A stretch of 64,000 bases of DNA, taken from positions 27,900,001-27,964,000 of the forward strand of contig OZ024761.1 of the NCBI GenBank assembly GCA_964016885.1, read 5' to 3'. The notes below the pieces were generated by a model. The model did no database searches and was not told where the DNA came from. It saw only the letters and a program-made list of their open reading frames with translations. This document shows, one piece after another, positions 58,298 through 64,000 of the stretch. Each line of letters starts with the position of its first letter. Position 1 is the stretch's first letter. Both the position numbers and the translations under genes were made by a program. Origin of the DNA: Eledone cirrhosa (Eukaryota).

Positions 58298-58306
<9 letters not shown>
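58119..58306. mobile_element. short fold-back element (palindrome 58189-58306) with a partial hammerhead; related pieces at 16047-16175 and 63027-63057
   Basis: CTGATGA-TTTCTAAAGAAT-GAAA-CAGTT at 58251-58278. Confidence 0.65.
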
Positions 58307-58362
<56 letters not shown>

Positions 58363-58656
58363 ATATTATATATATATATACATATTTGATATATGTGTAT
58401 GTGTGAGTAGGTAAATAGGTTTTCCTGTTCTATATATGGCGCAATGAGGAATAAATTATCCCAAAGTGTAGAAAAGAATTGTGTCCAACTCCTTGAGGAA
58501 ATCCCAAATTAGGTCATATATATGTGCGTGTGTGTGAATATATATATATACATATATATATATACATATATATATATTATATATATATATATTTATGTAC
58601 ATATATATATGTATATATTTATGTACATATATATGTGTATATATATATATATGTAT

Positions 58657-58689
<33 letters not shown>

Positions 58690-58695
58690 CATATG

Positions 58696-58727
<32 letters not shown>

Positions 58728-58764
58728 CATATTATATATATTATGTGTGTGTGTGTCTGTTTAG

Positions 58765-58809
<45 letters not shown>

Positions 58810-58854
58810 ATATATATATGATATATACATATATATTTATATGATATATATATG

Positions 58855-58903
<49 letters not shown>

Positions 58904-58914
58904 ATATATACATG

Positions 58915-58946
<32 letters not shown>

Positions 58947-59017
58947 GATATATACATATATATATATATGATATATACACACATATATATATATATACAT
59001 ATATATATATACACATC

Positions 59018-59049
<32 letters not shown>

Positions 59050-59157
59050 TATATATATATATATACACACACATATATATATATATATATATATGATATA
59101 TATATATATATGATATATACATATATATATATATATATATGATATATATATGATATA

Positions 59158-59200
<43 letters not shown>

Positions 59201-59330
59201 GATATATACCTGTTTCAATTACAGATCATCGTGAAATGCTGACCGTTGTATGAAGAGATTTAAACGGTTGTAGGAGACTGAATCGACTTTTAACGAAGGA
59301 GTGGGTGGTGGAGAAGAAACAAGTGGTAGC

Positions 59331-59380
59331 AATAGTAGTAGTAGTAATAGTAGTAGTAGTAGTAGTAGTAGTAGCAGTAA

Positions 59381-59446
<66 letters not shown>

Positions 59447-59471
59447 TAGTAGTAGTAGTAGCAATAGTAGC

Positions 59472-59505
<34 letters not shown>
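59331..59505. repeat. (TAG)n microsatellite
   Basis: Long GTA/TAG run. Confidence 0.95.
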
Positions 59506-59874
59506 TTCAGATAGTTTTAGTAACAAGGGCTGTGATATAAATAGCAGCCATTTTATCTAGAAATAACACTCTATTTTCTTAAAATAGACAGGAAACTCTA
59601 TCGATGTTGTATGTAGCCCTAGAAATCGATACAATGTATATAAAAGGATAAGACCCCAAATAGAAAACTAAAACCAGAACAAGATAATCACGGCTGGAGA
59701 GTGTTCGATCATAGCTCTGCGTGATAAAGTATAACCTGGAAAGTTAAACTAAAGATTTCTTACAAACGTTCAGCTTCGGATCCAACGAATAATATTCTAC
59801 GGGGTCGATGGTCGACCAAATGCCTACAAATAACAGCCATATCTTCCACAAATTACAAACACACACACACACAC

Positions 59875-59917
<43 letters not shown>

Positions 59918-60020
59918 TATATATGTATATATGTATATATGTATATATATGTAGATAAATATATACATACAAATGTGTATATATATTTGTTTATAAATAT
60001 ACATAAATAGTATATCATAT

Positions 60021-60058
<38 letters not shown>

Positions 60059-60070
60059 GTATATAAATAA

Positions 60071-60130
<60 letters not shown>

Positions 60131-60165
60131 ATGTATATGTAATCTGAGATTTTTGAATAACATTT

Positions 60166-60357
60166 ATTTCTACTTTTGACACAAGGCCAGCAATTAACCA
60201 GTGCATTACTGGTACTTTATTTTATCGACCCTGTAAGGATGAAAGGCAAAGTTAACCTCGGCGGGATTTGAACTCAGAATGAAAAGGACCGTAACTCAAT
60301 GCGTCAAAGCATGGCGCCTGACCCTGACACTCTACTGATACTGCCAATCCCCCACCC
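60166..60357 (-). mobile_element. family-1 SINE
   Basis: Reverse complement of the head and body motifs. Confidence 0.8.
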
Positions 60358-60435
60358 TTTTGAATAATAATAATATTCGATTCGTATGCAAACAGCCTCT
60401 TTTTTTATTTACTATTATATATATACATATATGTG

Positions 60436-60468
<33 letters not shown>

Positions 60469-60615
60469 GTGTATATATATATATATATTGTTATACTTGG
60501 GGAGGGTCATATTATTGTAATAATATTGCCAGAAATGACATATATATATGTGTATGTGTGTGTGTGTATATATATATGGGTGGGTGTGTGTACATATATA
60601 TTTATGTGTGTGTGT

Positions 60616-60651
<36 letters not shown>

Positions 60652-60671
60652 ATTTATATATATATATATGT

Positions 60672-61040
<369 letters not shown>

Positions 61041-61865
61041 GGACATTGTTTGTGTTCGGTTCCTCCTGTTCTGTTCGTAAGGATTTATTTACCGCCTCTT
61101 GCACTTTGTCAAGGTAACTCTATACCCCCAGACTACTTAATGTATGTACTCTCTCTATTGTTCCCCATTTTCAGAATTAAAGCACGGATATCTTACGCAA
61201 TGCTTCTAGAATGATTGGCTGAAAGGGAGAAGAATAAAAATAAAAATGTAATCGTTAAAAATTTTGTGAAACGTAAGAAGTCCCATAGCCTGAAGCTAAA
61301 CGAAAAAGTTAAAACGTGTTATAATTCCAGTAACTCTTTCTTAAAGCAATAACGAATCTGATATGAAGCGCTGATTCTATTTAATCTTTTAAATGTGTCT
61401 TTGGCGACATGGAAGATAGGAGGAGGTCGATGGTGTATCAATTCACAGAAAAATTAAATTAAAAGCGCAAATTGAATAAAAGAAAGAAAAGGTGAGAAGT
61501 GTGTGAATGAAAGTTAAACAAAAAATAAAAATAAAATGCAAAAAAAAAAATAAAATAAAAAATAGGCATGAAGAAACACTGAATGAAAGTATAAGAAGGA
61601 AAAACATGAAACCAAAATAAGTAAAAGAATGGTAGTAAAAAGATGTGTTGCGAGACTACATAAAATGGCGTATAACGAATTGAAATGAGGGTAGCCATTT
61701 TGTAAACTAGTCATAAAATGGTTGAAACTTTCTCTACTTCAATTATTGCAATTTATTGTTACAAGGATTGAAATTTATAGACCAAAACAAATGATTTCCT
61801 TCTCTTTCGCTTGTTATAATTTCTTCATTTGACGATTTCTGATTCTCAAATTAGTACAGCTGTGT

Positions 61866-61950
<85 letters not shown>

Positions 61951-62179
61951 TGCGCGCGTGTGTGTGCGCGCGTGTGTATGCAGCGGGTGGTATATACATG
62001 TTTATATGTATGTATATATGTGTGTATAGATGTATTCATGTATGTATATGTTTGTAAGTTTGCTCGTATGTATGTATCAATGGGTGTGTATGTTTGCTCG
62101 TATGTATGTATCTATCTATGTGTATGTATGTTTCCTCGTATGTATGTATGTATGTATGTATGTTTCTCTTTCTCTTAAT

Positions 62180-62497
62180 TTCGAGTATATTTTTTTGACC
62201 GGCCACCTTCCTGGTGGCAAGGTTGTAAAAGAAAAGAAATTGTCATCCCTTGAATCGCAAGAAGCTTTTCAAATTTTGAAGGTGCCAGCTATGGCTGTTA
62301 TTTGTAATCTATGAATTAGGGAGCTACACTCTTTGTCCACAAATCCAAGCTTAGTTATACTTTGGTCCAAGCGGCTTGGAATGTAACCTGTAGCTCCAAT
62401 AATGATAGGTATGAAGCTGAAGGTGTAATTTGGAAACTGGATCTGCAAACTCCTCATCAATGGTCCGTAGATTGTTTTCTTGTGATTTTCTTACAAT
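62180..62497 (-). mobile_element. 3' end of a REL-endonuclease non-LTR retrotransposon (R4/Dong/NeSL-like)
   Basis: YGPLMRSLQ..YTFSFIPIIIGATGYIP..LGF..LIHRLQITAIAGTFKI, typical of the REL domain C-terminus. Confidence 0.65.
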
Positions 62498-62502
62498 GTA
62501 TG

Positions 62503-62556
<54 letters not shown>

Positions 62557-62914
62557 TGATTTTAAATTTGTCTTCTGTGGTATAGGTCTGGTGATTGTAG
62601 GTTGGTGGCTAGTTTCTGTTTGAGTCCTAGTTTAGTTTTGGATTGATGTAGAATTGTTTACGTTCAGGTTAAAGCAATTGACGACCTTAATTACACATAC
62701 ACACACACACTCACACATGTGCACACACTCACACATGTGCATACACACACACACATGTATATACTTTTACAATTATCTTTGCATTATGTATGTTCATATG
62801 TATGTTTGGTAGTATGTATGAGCCTATGTACCTCTGGCACACACATTTACGTATCTGAATTTCTCTTCAGGTATATATACGTAGATATATGTGCACACAC
62901 GCACACGCACACGC

Positions 62915-63004
<90 letters not shown>

Positions 63005-63506
63005 ATATATATATATATATAGTAAGTTATTCCGGGTTGAATCGGAGGTAACCACAGCAGAGTATTATATATATATATATATATATATATAGGTTATAGA
63101 GGTCAAACATACTTAGAATGACGGTCAAGAAGCCAAAAATACTTGTTGACGAAGTGGCAGCCTTGTTCGATCATTATACCAAAAGCTTAATATGGAAGCA
63201 GGCATTATAATTGATTTAGGTGTTGCAGAAACCCTTTACTGGATTATACCATCAATTCCAGGGTTGCAGGTAAATTCTGTCGTTTGACCTGTTTAGCTTG
63301 CTTCGTTTTTTTTTGGCTTAGGTGGTTGATGGCTTCTTGATCGCCGTTCTCAGTTAGTTTGGCCTCTATAACCTATGTTTATTGCTCTGGGCTTTTTTAG
63401 TCCACGGAGCGCATGCAGCATATGTAGGAAATTGCGTTCCGATTTGTTTTCGACCACTACCGAAATTCGATCTCGCAGAAATTATATTTATATATAAATA
63501 TATATA

Positions 63507-63965
63507 TACAATATTAAATAAATGGAAAACTATATTTATAAAACCATATTTATTTCATTATATATATTTCGGGGATATCATATTAACAATATGCTATGCC
63601 TTCATCAGACAAAATACAATATAAACAGTTTTATAGATAAATAGATTCGACATACCGTAATAAACATCGACTTCATTTGAAGAGGTTTACGCTAGCATAA
63701 ACCTCTTCAAATGAAGTCGATGTTTATTACGGTATGTCGAATCTATTTATCTATAAAACTGTTTATATTGTATTTTGTCTGATGAAGGCATAGCATATTG
63801 TTAATATGATATCCCCGAAATATATATAATGAAATAAATATGGTTTTATAAATATAGTTTTCCATTTATTTAATATTGTAAATATACTCCAAATATTTGT
63901 CGAGTGCTTTTATATCAATTATAAATATTTACTAGTTGTAACCCAACAATTTTAAATATAACTTT
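63507..63965. mobile_element. second copy of fold-back family B (palindrome 63507-63880); hammerheads 63771-63836 (+) and 63551-63616 (-)
   Basis: Arms centred on GCTAGC 63691-63696; core CTGATGA; outer tail matches the reverse complement of 34404-34490. Confidence 0.8.
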
Positions 63966-64000
63966 ACATAAATATATATATATATATTTATGTAAATATG

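Overview
AT-rich animal (eukaryotic) DNA dominated by (TA)n/(CA)n/(GA)n microsatellites. The SINE families resemble ones I recognise from octopus genomes; this host assignment is inference. No host gene can be called with confidence, and almost all listed ORFs are microsatellite artefacts. The non-microsatellite sequence is mostly mobile elements: a decayed near-full-length Penelope-like element (PLE; RT plus C-terminal GIY-YIG, 16.2-19.8 kb, minus strand), three further PLE GIY-YIG fragments, a CR1-like LINE 3' part, RTE-like and REL-endonuclease LINE tails, about 12 SINE copies, a hAT MITE and a 30/28-bp minisatellite. The main signal is a ribozyme-based retroelement system. A nearly homogeneous 310-bp tandem array (29.6-33.5 kb, about 12.6 units in two opposed arms) carries a type I hammerhead ribozyme in every unit and resembles a non-LTR retrozyme/circular RNA. 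About 17 fold-back elements, mostly in or next to (TA)n tracts, include at least five other hammerhead families, among them U3-A8 core variants. Several insertions show twin-priming-like inversion geometry.
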